Assembly: GCA_041694835.1 (NCBI GenBank) | Contig: JBGFRZ010000008.1 | Span: forward strand, 1-26,970 | Origin: Ignavibacteria bacterium | Lineage (GTDB): Bacteria; Elusimicrobiota; Endomicrobiia; PHAN01 | Length of the DNA stretch: 26,970 bases | Reading direction: 5' to 3' | In this document: positions 15,001 to 19,449 of the stretch, one piece after another | How positions within the stretch are numbered: the first letter of the stretch is position 1 | Layout: every line of letters begins with the position of its first letter | The notes under the pieces: model-generated | The model's input: only the letters and a program-made list of their open reading frames with translations | The model's database searches: none | What the model was told of the DNA's origin: nothing | Position numbers and translations under genes: made by a program

Positions 15001-15880
15001 TTATACCTTCTTCTTTGATAAATAACCAAACACCGGAGGATGCATCTATTACGAAATTGTCTCTTGCCGTACCAGAAATATATGGTAGTGTCTTACGCCA
15101 GGTGTTATTCGCTGGCTGCAGCACAGTAAAAGTAGGTGGCGTTTCATCAATAACGAAAGTATTGGTTGATGCGCTCGGTTGCCAGTTACTGGCTCTATCC
15201 TGAATCTGAACACTAACATAGTAAGTACAATTATTTGTCCAGGCACTTGATGGAATGGTCCTGCTCCAGTTAGGATAAGTCCAGGAGGTAGTGGAAAATT
15301 CTACATAAGCTGACTGCCAACCTGAGCCATTCCACCAGTAACCATTCTCAAGATCAGCAGTTTGTTTGTTCATTCTAAGAACAATTCGTGAGATTACCCC
15401 GGGGCTAGTGTCTACTGCTGTTCCTTGAATCAAAGTAATATTTGCTGCTCTGTAGTATCCATTGTTACTGATATCTCTGGGGAAGGTTACTGTTGCTGTA
15501 CCAAAAGATGTATCATAGACAATATCTGCCTGGGTTACAGGTGACTGCGTATGCCTGGCATTATCTATTGCTCTAACTTGTATACGATAGTTCCGGTTAG
15601 TTGTCCAGATATCATCAGGATTGTCTAATTGCCACGGGTTTGTTCCGGTAGCATCGTTCCAGATTGGTGTAGCGCTATATACCCAGCCCGTGCCCATAAG
15701 ATAGTAAGTATTAGAAAATGTCAGGTCGCGGATTAATACTTGAACTTTTGCTACTCCGGAAATATTATTTCCACTGCCATCACTTGAATTACCGGTTATT
15801 ACAGGTAAACTGTTATAGTGTTGACCATCAACTGGTGATAATAATGATGAAGTTGGTGCTAAATAATCTCTTGTATAGCA
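2..15880 (-). repeat. Array of ~43 diverged Ig-like protein repeats (~110-145 aa each)
   Basis: I counted ISGT-like motifs by eye at ~140, 510, 860, 1232, 1590, 1948, 2316, 2665, 2985, 3338, 3738, 4098, 4482, 4840, 5229 ... 15420, 15789. The repeats are conserved at protein level and not obviously at DNA level. Confidence 0.85.
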
Positions 15881-18800
15881 GATACTTACCGCTTCAGCAT
15901 CTACTGTCGGGTTTGTCACTAGTGCCGCACCATAATAATAATTGTAATAACCGGAATAAATTATCCAGGCAGCAGTAGGTGAGCCAAATGGGCTTGAGCC
16001 AGTCCACGGGTATGTATACAGCCGCGAAGCAACCCTATCACCGGAAACAATCACTGCACACTGCATCTTATCTTCCAAGGGGTCATTCGGGTCAGGAACT
16101 AAAGTTACTGAATAAATAATATTTGTTAGAGCATCATTAGCAACTTCAGCACTCCAGACACTACCAGTAAGGAAATGATGTTTTAATGTAGTAGCAGTAT
16201 CAGCATAGGCAACTACTAACTGTCCACCAGAACGCTCCCAGGCTAAATCAAATGGCCTATAGCACCTACCTGTTGCTGGAAATCCAGTATTCGGTGTTAG
16301 CGATAGTTCAGCATTTCTTAATGCCAAAGTATTATCTAATGCCTGTGTTGCGCCATTAAAAACCATTATGGTTAAATCATTATCGTTATCGTGGATACCA
16401 ATAGCAACTTTTTCTGTACTCAGGTCTGAAGCACATTTTATCCACCTCGGTATATCGGTAGTAACAGCAGTATCAACATCATAAGCGCTCCCTGAAGCAC
16501 CGGTAAAAACTCCGCTCCATGTTGCACTTGTTGAATACCATAAATTATACCTGATTAGACCATTAGCTGTGCCTTCTTGATATACAACTATACCTTTATA
16601 ACTTGTTGCATCAGCAGGATTCTGTGTATAAGCAACATCAAAACATTGTTGCCAGATATACGGTGCTGATAAGGTAAAAGTAAATGTGGAGACAAAACTT
16701 GACCCATTCCATACAGCACCGTGAACATCATTTAGTGTATCAAGAGAAACTAAAATCATTTCGTTAGAATCAGGGTTTGGGTTCGGCTCTAAACGTATCC
16801 ATAAAGGTGTGCCTGTACCAGGCCACTGTGTTGCCGGTATTGTTACCGGTGCACTCCAGGTGGTAGCCCCAAAAGGTAAAGTGCGATACACCGGCTGAGC
16901 AATATTGTTAGAATATACAACTAAACCATCACCACTGTTCCTTTCATAAGCAATATCAAATCCTCTTAAATGCTCATAAGAATTTACAGTATCAATAGCT
17001 GATGTTATTTCCTGTGCTGCTGTCCAACCTGATGCCTCTGTCCAAACCTGTAAGTTTATATCACCGTTATTATCTAAGGTTCCCATTGTTTTCTGGTTTG
17101 CTTTTGGGTTCGCTCTCGTCACTACATAAAATGGTGTTCCGCCAACATCGTTACTGAAATTATCACTTGCTGACCAGGAAACTGTATTCCAGTCACGATA
17201 TGGTATCCTGTAATCATTACGCGTGTAGATAAGTGTATTTTCATTTGTCGGTATTGTTGTATATCGGACAAATTGTGCAGAAAATGGCACTAACATAGTT
17301 GATGGTGAAGACCATGTTCCTGTGCCTCCGGCCCATTTCTGATACATAATATTACCTTGCTGGTTTATACAGTAAAGATGTATATTGTTTGTCCCTGCTT
17401 CTCTGCCCATCTCAATATGAGAAATGTTCATAAGAACATCGCTTGCGGACTGTTCAGAAGCGCTAAATGTGCCATTTGTCCAGGTCCAGAATCGTGGTAA
17501 AGTTATACCACTTTCTGCATAGACAAATACTGCACGATTGCCACTCTCCTGGAAACATACATCAAAAATTTTATTTACACTAGATTGAGCATTGACTTCC
17601 GGCATAGCTCCACCTACTGTAGCCGGTAGCGTATTCCATACACCTAAATTCTCTCTCCATACTGCGAAAGCTATATCATTGAATGATGTAAGTGCTATAC
17701 AGGCAATATTTCTTGCCCCTGCTGCGGGGTCCATTACTGCTTTAAGACCAGTCCATGTGCCATTACCACTGTCAATATCAATTGTATTAGTTCCAGCAGA
17801 CCACGCACCACCATCGGAATACGCCGCTTGTATTAAATCAGCAATAGCACCGAAAACATATGCACGACCCGAGCCACTGGAATAGGCAATATCCCACGTT
17901 TGATATAATGGATTTTCAATAGCAGTTGCCATCAAAACACCGTCAGTAATATTTCTTCCTGTTCCCCACGAACCGCTATTCCATAACCACGCATTAAGTT
18001 CACTACCAGCATCTCCTACACAGACAAGTATCTCAGTTGGTCTTGCTCCAGGGTTTGCTTCACATCTTATCCATCGGACTATCGAAGTAGATATCGCACC
18101 TATCTGGAATGCTGTCCCTATAGTCCAGGAAGTACCATTCCAGTATGCATAGTTGCCCTGACCAGTAGCAGTACCTAAACTCCAGACCACCATAAATGTA
18201 CTTGTTGCTAACTCATACGCACCATCAAAAAACCTGAACCCATAACCTCCTGCAGTGAGTAAGTTAGTTGCAGAAAGACCTGTTTGCAAAGTCTGTGCAT
18301 TGCTCCAGGTGGTACCATCCCAAACCCAGGCACAGAGAACTAATCTTGTAACTGTAGTTCCACCAGGGTCTATCGCCGCAATAACTATTTTTTCATTCGG
18401 TCTCGGTCCACCACCGGGTGCTACATAAACCTTTTGCCAGAGTATTGTCCCTTCAGAACCTGCTATTGTCGGTGCTAAGGTTTCTGAACCCCAGGAGCCA
18501 GCAGAATATGTTCTCATTATCGGTCTAATTTCATTCCTATTATACCCAATCACCGCCTCCGACGGCCCCGCAAATACGGGGTCAGGTCTTGAAATTTGAC
18601 AAACAAGACCCACCAACAGCATGAAAACGGTGAAAATGGGGACACTTCTAATTTCGTATAAGTTTTGTATAATGTTTTTAGTTTGATGAAAAGTCTGCTT
18701 GACAAAAATTTTTATTTGTTGTATAATATAATCAATGAAACTTGACAAGAGCCAACGTAAGGGATTAGCAAAAACTGTGTATGACATTGCTAAACTTATA

Positions 18801-19090
18801 TGTGCAATACTTATTTTAGGTCCTGTAGTGTCACCTGTGGGATTTAAGATTTCATTATTTATTCCGGGATTCATAATATTTCTTATTTTTATACTACTCG
18901 GGATAATTCTAGATAGAGGGGAATAAAACAAATGCAAGGACCTGATCTTCTTTACATTCTTTTTGGTGGACTTTTTGTATTCGCCGTCGTGATTGGTGCA
19001 ATTGTTGTCCGCCAGGACTGGCAAGAGAAACATCCTAAAACTACCAATAGAAAATAGAGCCGATAGTTTTTGCCAACTTGATAGTTTCAT
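2..19090 (-). CDS. Giant secreted/surface protein (>=6,363 aa, 3' end beyond window): extended N-terminal leader, two beta-propeller-like regions, ~43 tandem bacterial Ig-like repeats
   Basis: I translated 19090->18491 codon by codon without meeting a stop; the in-frame TAA upstream is at 19100-19102. The same frame reads ...WLSTETSANFRV at the window edge. The ORF track lists no long minus-strand ORF here, which is what an unterminated frame would give. Repeats have the form DxTxPxS(x)nISGTAxD...YWNGxxW...YxIxxRAxDxAGN. The start is either 19090 (ATGA-coupled, weak SD ACGGA) or 18622 (no SD). Confidence 0.95.
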   Translation of the reverse strand, partial: MKLSSWQKLSALFSIGSFRMFLLPVLADNNCTNHDGEYKKSTKKNVKKIRSLHLFYSPLSRIIPSSIKIRNIMNPGINNEILNPTGDTTGPKISIAHISLAMSYTVFANPLRWLLSSFIDYIIQQIKIFVKQTFHQTKNIIQNLYEIRSVPIFTVFMLLVGLVCQISRPDPVFAGPSEAVIGYNRNEIRPIMRTYSAGSWGSETLAPTIAGSEGTILWQKVYVAPGGGPRPNEKIVIAAIDPGGTTVTRLVLCAWVWDGTTWSNAQTLQTGLSATNLLTAGGYGFRFFDGAYELATSTFMVVWSLGTATGQGNYAYWNGTSWTIGTAFQIGAISTSIVRWIRCEANPGARPTEILVCVGDAGSELNAWLWNSGSWGTGRNITDGVLMATAIENPLYQTWDIAYSSGSGRAYVFGAIADLIQAAYSDGGAWSAGTNTIDIDSGNGTWTGLKAVMDPAAGARNIACIALTSFNDIAFAVWRENLGVWNTLPATVGGAMPEVNAQSSVNKIFDVCFQESGNRAVFVYAESGITLPRFWTWTNGTFSASEQSASDVLMNISHIEMGREAGTNNIHLYCINQQGNIMYQKWAGGTGTWSSPSTMLVPFSAQFVRYTTIPTNENTLIYTRNDYRIPYRDWNTVSWSASDNFSNDVGGTPFYVVTRANPKANQKTMGTLDNNGDINLQVWTEASGWTAAQEITSAIDTVNSYEHLRGFDIAYERNSGDGLVVYSNNIAQPVYRTLPFGATTWSAPVTIPATQWPGTGTPLWIRLEPNPNPDSNEMILVSLDTLNDVHGAVWNGSSFVSTFTFTLSAPYIWQQCFDVAYTQNPADATSYKGIVVYQEGTANGLIRYNLWYSTSATWSGVFTGASGSAYDVDTAVTTDIPRWIKCASDLSTEKVAIGIHDNDNDLTIMVFNGATQALDNTLALRNAELSLTPNTGFPATGRCYRPFDLAWERSGGQLVVAYADTATTLKHHFLTGSVWSAEVANDALTNIIYSVTLVPDPNDPLEDKMQCAVIVSGDRVASRLYTYPWTGSSPFGSPTAAWIIYSGYYNYYYGAALVTNPTVDAEAVSICYTRDYLAPTSSLLSPVDGQHYNSLPVITGNSSDGSGNNISGVAKVQVLIRDLTFSNTYYLMGTGWVYSATPIWNDATGTNPWQLDNPDDIWTTNRNYRIQVRAIDNARHTQSPVTQADIVYDTSFGTATVTFPRDISNNGYYRAANITLIQGTAVDTSPGVISRIVLRMNKQTADLENGYWWNGSGWQSAYVEFSTTSWTYPNWSRTIPSSAWTNNCTYYVSVQIQDRASNWQPSASTNTFVIDETPPTFTVLQPANNTWRKTLPYISGTARDNFVIDASSGVWLFIKEEGIINKYWVPGTGWQDYVSGYEGDYNRWFSTGVVSGSWQYANPGWSQNRKYTIWARVRDIVGNYTVDWSTTVFYYDEYQATPELPDSICNQPTNNSIINSLTTISGTGKDNSQGGVNNVKWLLWRSDGFWWDGNLWQVGPLPGHTNWPDPNSVVPAGGVDVTWTRTTFLPSAAQMTDGTTYYIASVARDRVVNSAGSPDPNDEVVRSTVTFWWDAAEPESRATLPVNATRRSALLTISGTASDTVAIDSLYIRIKRNSDNRYWSDPANDFTIVYATAAWITIGTNINQRTTTWAYVDLFNWTGNPNTVYEINIQAKDYLRYETDFTTTTFTYDTVVNAPVIDVPASLGFISAPLGAHTTSQGTGDTDISTVEVRLQDLGQGATYWNETTKTWSETITWNPAVIYAPGMWRILISSVAFNDGRQYELVVRAWDSSLPTNNGPAISTTRRFWFDISRPSSTIQYPLDGTLLAGLTTISGTAWDTAPSNPVGTSMDSQRISIYCEQTAEYFTGTGWGAMTPLTANLETGTLDSGIWKHNWNVVPSTGWINNFIYQIRGYARDQGGNQENKSLLNPDTPFVRFTIDLQAPVAVTTFPVNASVYGIGGVGTIFGTASDNQRLSRLRILIRNISASPNLFWNGAFWQDTMPTVWPLVAEGLTGTTTSWTYPAPGWTSANYTIEVRVEDFVGRISTSTAVQFTIDTAGPTITVSRPANNTAFNNTTNPLAQIEGNATDDFSGIPAGGVRLWIRELPWPTTYWNGVAWQASYIEIDGTVVSPGAVASGWTRATPTMTNNHRYRLSARARDVAGNWGSWSPEIVFTYDITRPTSSITQPLHNSVLGTLTSIRGNAFDLATSTITAPGSSLNRVELEIWNITNNTFFNGTSWVVGSTWVAFSGWEGATAPGTVWKWFYNTSGIWPTAVTDFRVRARAVDNALNFDVVLSTSNFTLDPTAPGSMITDILVWDRETDQTQTDRQPFLVGEAWVGDGTPIHQVKIQIFDEIGDRYWTGIAWQGWTGTPPNNWTSFMNLPEASWIVAEGREYFQYRDVPPAEFRDGAATVENARIRSRAESHGGTRIESPGAGRFPVRLRRGSWPRSFVVRPRTGEFRSTLSEIYCEATWGSASSPGLIDIYQVAIRRDDGFFWRESPAGWVGAETWNDVTSRGDGYWSVPGGQYFVFTATFNAVNVTWAERSYRIMSRWRFDGRGETLPPVEEDGIVVAFDITAPISRVTLPGHGITYNSLGMITGTSSDNLSGVDRIQFCIADITDATTSYWRWWTTSGTWITSEYWTDAAGVAPWNYDRLTGAFSDGRIYNVRTRGVDRAGVWEAIPPIIRYTDISMLNSHTFRFDTTGPNSAVTFPINNEIYSSVATISGTCFDLFSVPTGGEISITRDDDLSGTISGPDSGLSGPTGWTWVADENTWIGASVFTPIGGGSATFRLDGIPSGVWENDRRYFIRVRAKDVTESGNNQGPASSIVNIAIDRQAPVSQTNLPTSAPQRSVPTISGTATDNLRLATVNPVRLRIKRIAGELYWNESIKDWVTTPIDLTPSWTSWGPSSGTWVFISTNVTWSSGFRYQLLSRSTDFVNNSESPDASLTFLFDAMEPQSYFSILQDGAHYNSVGLAMLTGTAEDLPAAPENSGVTEVRIYIRDLTQGATYWDGASWQPTLTWILCDGFWNWPAVYTATPTWVNGRQYRAVTRARDGATNSEGDGAGNIGTVRDVEFVFDTSRPTGTITFPVTESFISATGRVTGSSWDAPPGISSNVWVRIRQLTGPKPNHYWRISDSSWTVQNAPEVWNNIPQYGTLSPNGTWWQLNTTPWQTGETYEINIRVQDRASNYQLVHSTVTNIKADFTAPISTVTLPVNDLTYGEIPLNTISGTCRDVSPGEVDIVRVQLLYLGQQDPKGSPPGTILRAYNGSEWVTDTTVWLPVSSVTVLAGSTWYYVSGEPWSWNKAWYAVRCYAIDKGGNTETTIWRTNFYFSAPFPDTWINTPANNSHLNYRPQSVIGGANKFTTADTASIRVSVERRTDGFYWYGSSFSSPGSGQGAPRVYLNVSNVSVLADDSRYWEWTGNISTSAWTTNTSYYYLSKGLGPAGEEQSVTLIGNTVIFDQTLPTAFVTLPTAGEPSYQTLTQLSGTAGDTLPGEVDTVEITIRDLRYSTTYWDVSNSTWVNQAAGVWNLATWVPAESRWYRTTNIPTWQDGVRYAITPRARDRAGNTQVGTANNFLFDTSSPTARTTTLSNNAIYSSLTQITGTAWDPAGAGGSAGRLDLVQIHITRPAQGGLPLRYWRADNLTWDASQPEEAVIYWGTSTIHIPNVAASSWTFTRLPATGDWTHDFRYIVRSRAKDQALPAGNTQQFFIVGESSFTIRWDNQAPVASIVSYEDPDGNGRVNPGLTWSIAGTAVDSPAGIPSVSNIRLRLARLEGTVTYYWTGTTWQTALAEFSPDAYTSPNWDYIFTDTAKIISDQRYTLQIRAIDNATPPNAGTFGSPVEVIIDTTPPVAQVTYPRAGSFQRSGALATLSGTANGDLAGLDRVECVIRKFEGGLWVDKTIWHRAQDGSGAGTRIWFTTWTPTGGWTNGDRYGIECRGYDLAGSTQVVLSSATWTVDDGPPTVSLLQPTTGSSYWNTLLTISGTAADVISNIISTVTVAIDEDPGTSGGWWNPATGAFNSATAIYSTATIAALPTWTFSGFGAQLRDNTIYRVYIEAFDQPGNQANTTAEFVFIDTTTPTSQFAFPGPQSGLFYPTISSISGTGIDFGANASRVNLVRLWVINPAGPQWWDASVSGWSASERWIDIPVSPVGSNVPFNWDSSNVTWADGVSYRLETRARDRALKSNDAGWTGNWQITVSTVGFTVDRTTPTAGFVLPQTNINYTTLSKISGTTADATSGVTAVRIILKNTTLGQYWLGGAAWTTDVNNPAIRVPVSGTTSWTITPPSFIQRHNYRVWVECEDAAGNRLLVSNSNIDANIGGVPFKYDNQAPDSFVSLPPRDSYLTSPALATISGTVIDYIQGAGVFETRLNIRRTNNNGATWQFWGGADWQTADPNYPISATLVLLDGGNQIYEWRYGIGSGAWTDNYKYEFYVRSRDNAFNDLTPSPNWETPIMSSATYDTTRPTSRVTFPPLPGSTFAGAISTISGTANDTNTMASRVSEVRVAIKRLSDNLWWGGWAAPSWTTSAEPIFSTATISDVWTSSVNWRYVVSPAMWTNTTSYWVISRAQDRSTNFETDWATNTFTCDTTPPTSRVTLPANASEVDSLPQITGTCSDPSPGQLDRVAILIYCVEGQTGDPTPPAGKYWSPGATQWLSTPTFITIPTAGPTWSYDSSGVGWVAKESPGYQYRISVRAWDKAENREIEVAASTITFNFSAPLPQTLVTFPAAENYYRISGDLGATGSANAYTNSVEVQLSSGPGYSTFWSHFLNNWVTISTWAPAAGTNPWSYNFANAIFQDNVRYVIRSRGKGPAGTELPANIEDVFFNVDRTLPASGITNLTAGDHYTGFGGAKNISQIKGTATDPDSPQFSGRISAARVQIKRKGTTLTYNDTLHDYENADNWLTASADDGAFNSNNEPWTYNIAFPTSAWKDEGEYEISARAIDASLPGGNVFTTPITNIIIDRTMPTSGLQFPNRAIHNSIPLVSGTATDTAPGRHSGIAIRVLNKDTTEYWGGAFWDVTDVWRTSSLDANFTTWFAVYPGTWSYSGINWISGQLYNIRTRASDRAQNTEIAGGGFDFIFDSERPVSRVTVPLGGQKIRELTAIQGTADDFTAKRWVTGVSTTTAENDGVNIAMRQVSTGKFYSGAGAWNDTTHKWWTVVYSSVTKTWSRGTAVLGTFTGSGNPSDGVYEIIPRARDNADNFEVSYTTRTFIWDTTPPASFTTFPSSGSFVPTITQITGTANDATAGTREVSVNFYYTDGVDYYWTGSSWTTNIHNLIQNMGGAVGVSTWTVSITTGLVQGIKYAARSVAIDDAGNTDPSPRTIFFTCDRVGPLIALSSPVAGGFYGPGNPLNIIWGTAADSPAGVNRTELEIVNVTDGTKWNGQSWVVVSSTWLVTSGLVNWQLTSPPWVANRNYTVQARSFDNANNQTVSSVVSFMFDSTSPVSGIVDPNMPFESTLTLITGTAFDVDPPSPGVKSDLSRVQVAVLRGADFWDQLGNVFSSGEKWWDATGTTNWQWWDNDLSWQDGITYAVRVRVYDRAGNVSAINEYSFTFDGANALSGVIVPQDGKKYSSLPSISGTATDPGTNPSGVRDVWVAIRNMSTLNFWNPATGAFTEAESRWGIVTGTGPWTLLASSYSLTSGHLYRLWVEARDNSGRDPSDPADWTSGGVSFRFDTQPPVSRTTAPVSGLFTNAQVSGIFGTANDTLTGNSGVRYVRFRMQRSDGGWYDGDIGWAGSDQWFLTAYTDGNPGSWNRVFPTPPFAPDYSYTIWSRAEDWAEPTANVETAISSVTFTFDQTPPQTSVLFPVHNEWYRTISVITGTADDILPAGTGKVRSGLSRLEVEIRRLSDNWVYQSGGFANVTSSFHVAQVWPTSWTFSPSNYWTNNTSYTIQSRAWDRALNSQLSTLNYIIFDTSAPVSFVTLPVTNGAIMLELSTISGTAQDWGLGRSREVRVRLQRVTVANPSEGDSIPGDNAWWSGSDWNGTDSSWLTTTLNEGAGVWTFPTAGIGFTYNGGYRVDSRAEDRATNFELAIASRTFIFRPPPAASVITTPSHGTFRNALTSIVGTANSATVTLLLSVQRNSDNFFRASTSWTVTETWFNISPSSPSWSFAAGDIFVHGSSYTIRSRGRNPWGIWENETLVTPPAPNAVLFTWDTAEPLSVLQRPFEGGYFNSLLTLSGTASDGLAGVRSVDVLIRRGADYFRVSDSSWVVTEVWNPASFTAPNWQLVMVSSTAAICWTDGTQYLVRSRASDDVLPLPGNREGAGAGNVGVNFWYDITRPTATVNLPANNVAYRTLATISGSLIDNLVIERVEIYIHDLGPASAGFYNGTGWQAGVVWLSTETSANFRV
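15900..18568 (-). other. N-terminal region of the giant protein: two ~430-aa beta-propeller-like units
   Basis: Recurring blade-like motifs (W)xWDGxxW, FDxA(Y/W)ExxSG and RW(I/L)xxxxxP, e.g. AWVWDGTTWS, FFDGAYE, GFDIAYERNSG, PFDLAWERSGG. The second unit starts near 17245. The fold is inferred. Confidence 0.6.
18578..18652. repeat. REP-like elements (GGGGTCAGGTCTTGAAA...CAAGACC; AATGGGGACACTTCTAATT) inside the giant ORF's signal region
   Basis: GGTCTTG (18585-18591) and CAAGACC (18604-18610) form an inverted repeat. Related copies occur at 19225, 19406 and 19143. Confidence 0.65.
18699..18727 (+). promoter_or_regulatory. Consensus sigma70 promoter antisense to the giant gene
   Basis: TTGACA 18699-18704, 17-nt spacer, TATAAT 18722-18727. 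The ATG is at 18735, implying a near-leaderless mRNA. Confidence 0.85.
18735..18926 (+). CDS. 63-aa two-TM small membrane protein (resembles DUF6722-type proteins), nested antisense in the giant ORF
   Basis: MKLDKSQRKGLAKTVYDIAKLICAILILGPVV...GFIIFLIFILLGIILDRGE has two hydrophobic segments and lies directly behind a perfect promoter. The family resemblance is from memory. Confidence 0.75.
   Translation: MKLDKSQRKGLAKTVYDIAKLICAILILGPVVSPVGFKISLFIPGFIIFLIFILLGIILDRGE
18932..19057 (+). CDS. 41-aa single-TM peptide, second gene of the nested cassette
   Basis: MQGPDLLYILFGGLFVFAVVIGAIVVRQDWQEKHPKTTNRK*. SD GAGGGG at 18916-18921; ATG 5 nt after the upstream stop. Confidence 0.7.
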   Translation: MQGPDLLYILFGGLFVFAVVIGAIVVRQDWQEKHPKTTNRK

Positions 19091-19206
19091 TTTATTCCGT
19101 TAATAACAATTTTGAGGTAATTAGGGTAATTGGGGTAATTGTAATTGGGGACGGTCCTTAATTGCCTAACCACCGATAATATTTTTTCCCAACTATATAC
19201 TCCCAT
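19087..19206 (-). CDS. 39-aa short ORF translationally coupled to the giant gene
   Basis: SD GAGGA precedes MGVYSWEKILSVVRQLRTVPNYNYPNYPNYLKIVINGIK*. Its TGA overlaps the giant ORF's ATG (ATGA at 19090-19087). Confidence 0.55.
   Translation of the reverse strand: MGVYSWEKILSVVRQLRTVPNYNYPNYPNYLKIVINGIK
19114..19163. repeat. Tandem GGTAATT-containing 9-mers leading into an AATTGGGGACGGTCCTTAATT element
   Basis: gaggtaatt agggtaatt ggggtaatt gtaatt ggggac... This encodes the PNY repeats on the minus strand. Confidence 0.8.
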
Positions 19207-19307
19207 TTTTATTTCCTCAAATTTGGGGTCATGTCTTGACATTCGACATTTTTGTTATGTATTCTTTTATCAAATTTTTTCCCTCTGGAAGCCTCTGCTT
19301 GCAGAGG

Positions 19308-19448
19308 TCATCTCCGTGGGTCAAATGTAGAAGGGTCTTTAGACCCGTCCACATTTTTTTCGCCTCTAAAGAGGCCTCTACATAGACCCGAACAAATTGT
19401 TGAGATCAGGTCTTGAAATATAAGTTTTTTCCAACTATCTGTCTCCAT
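19308..19448 (-). CDS. 46-aa short ORF starting 1 nt after the HEAT gene stop
   Basis: TAA-G-ATG junction; METDSWKKLIFQDLISTICSGLCRGLFRGEKNVDGSKDPSTFDPRR*. The N-terminus duplicates that of the HEAT gene, and the body is largely REP-derived. Confidence 0.45.
   Translation of the reverse strand: METDSWKKLIFQDLISTICSGLCRGLFRGEKNVDGSKDPSTFDPRR
19326..19382. repeat. GTAG-type REP doublet (REPIN-like)
   Basis: TGTAG-AA-GGGTC-TTTA-GACCC ... GCCTC-TAAA-GAGGC-CT-CTACA: two inverted REP hairpins with GTAG ends. Confidence 0.75.
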
Positions 19449-19449
19449 C

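Noticed and set aside
2-15880. Diversity-generating retroelement or invertible cassette acting on the giant gene
   Set aside because: I saw no reverse transcriptase or recombinase and no near-identical DNA repeat pair by eye.
123-17885. Dozens of 60-138 aa ORF-track entries, mostly plus strand
   Set aside because: They are shadows of the giant minus-strand gene. Recurring AVPEI is simply the antisense of ISGTA.
19209-19310. Read-through or recoding of the TGA at 19308 (frame continues to a TAA 2 nt before ATG 19206)
   Set aside because: There is no evidence for selenocysteine or recoding, and TGA is a normal stop for rimP and the HicB-like ORF. A recent nonsense mutation or chance is more likely.
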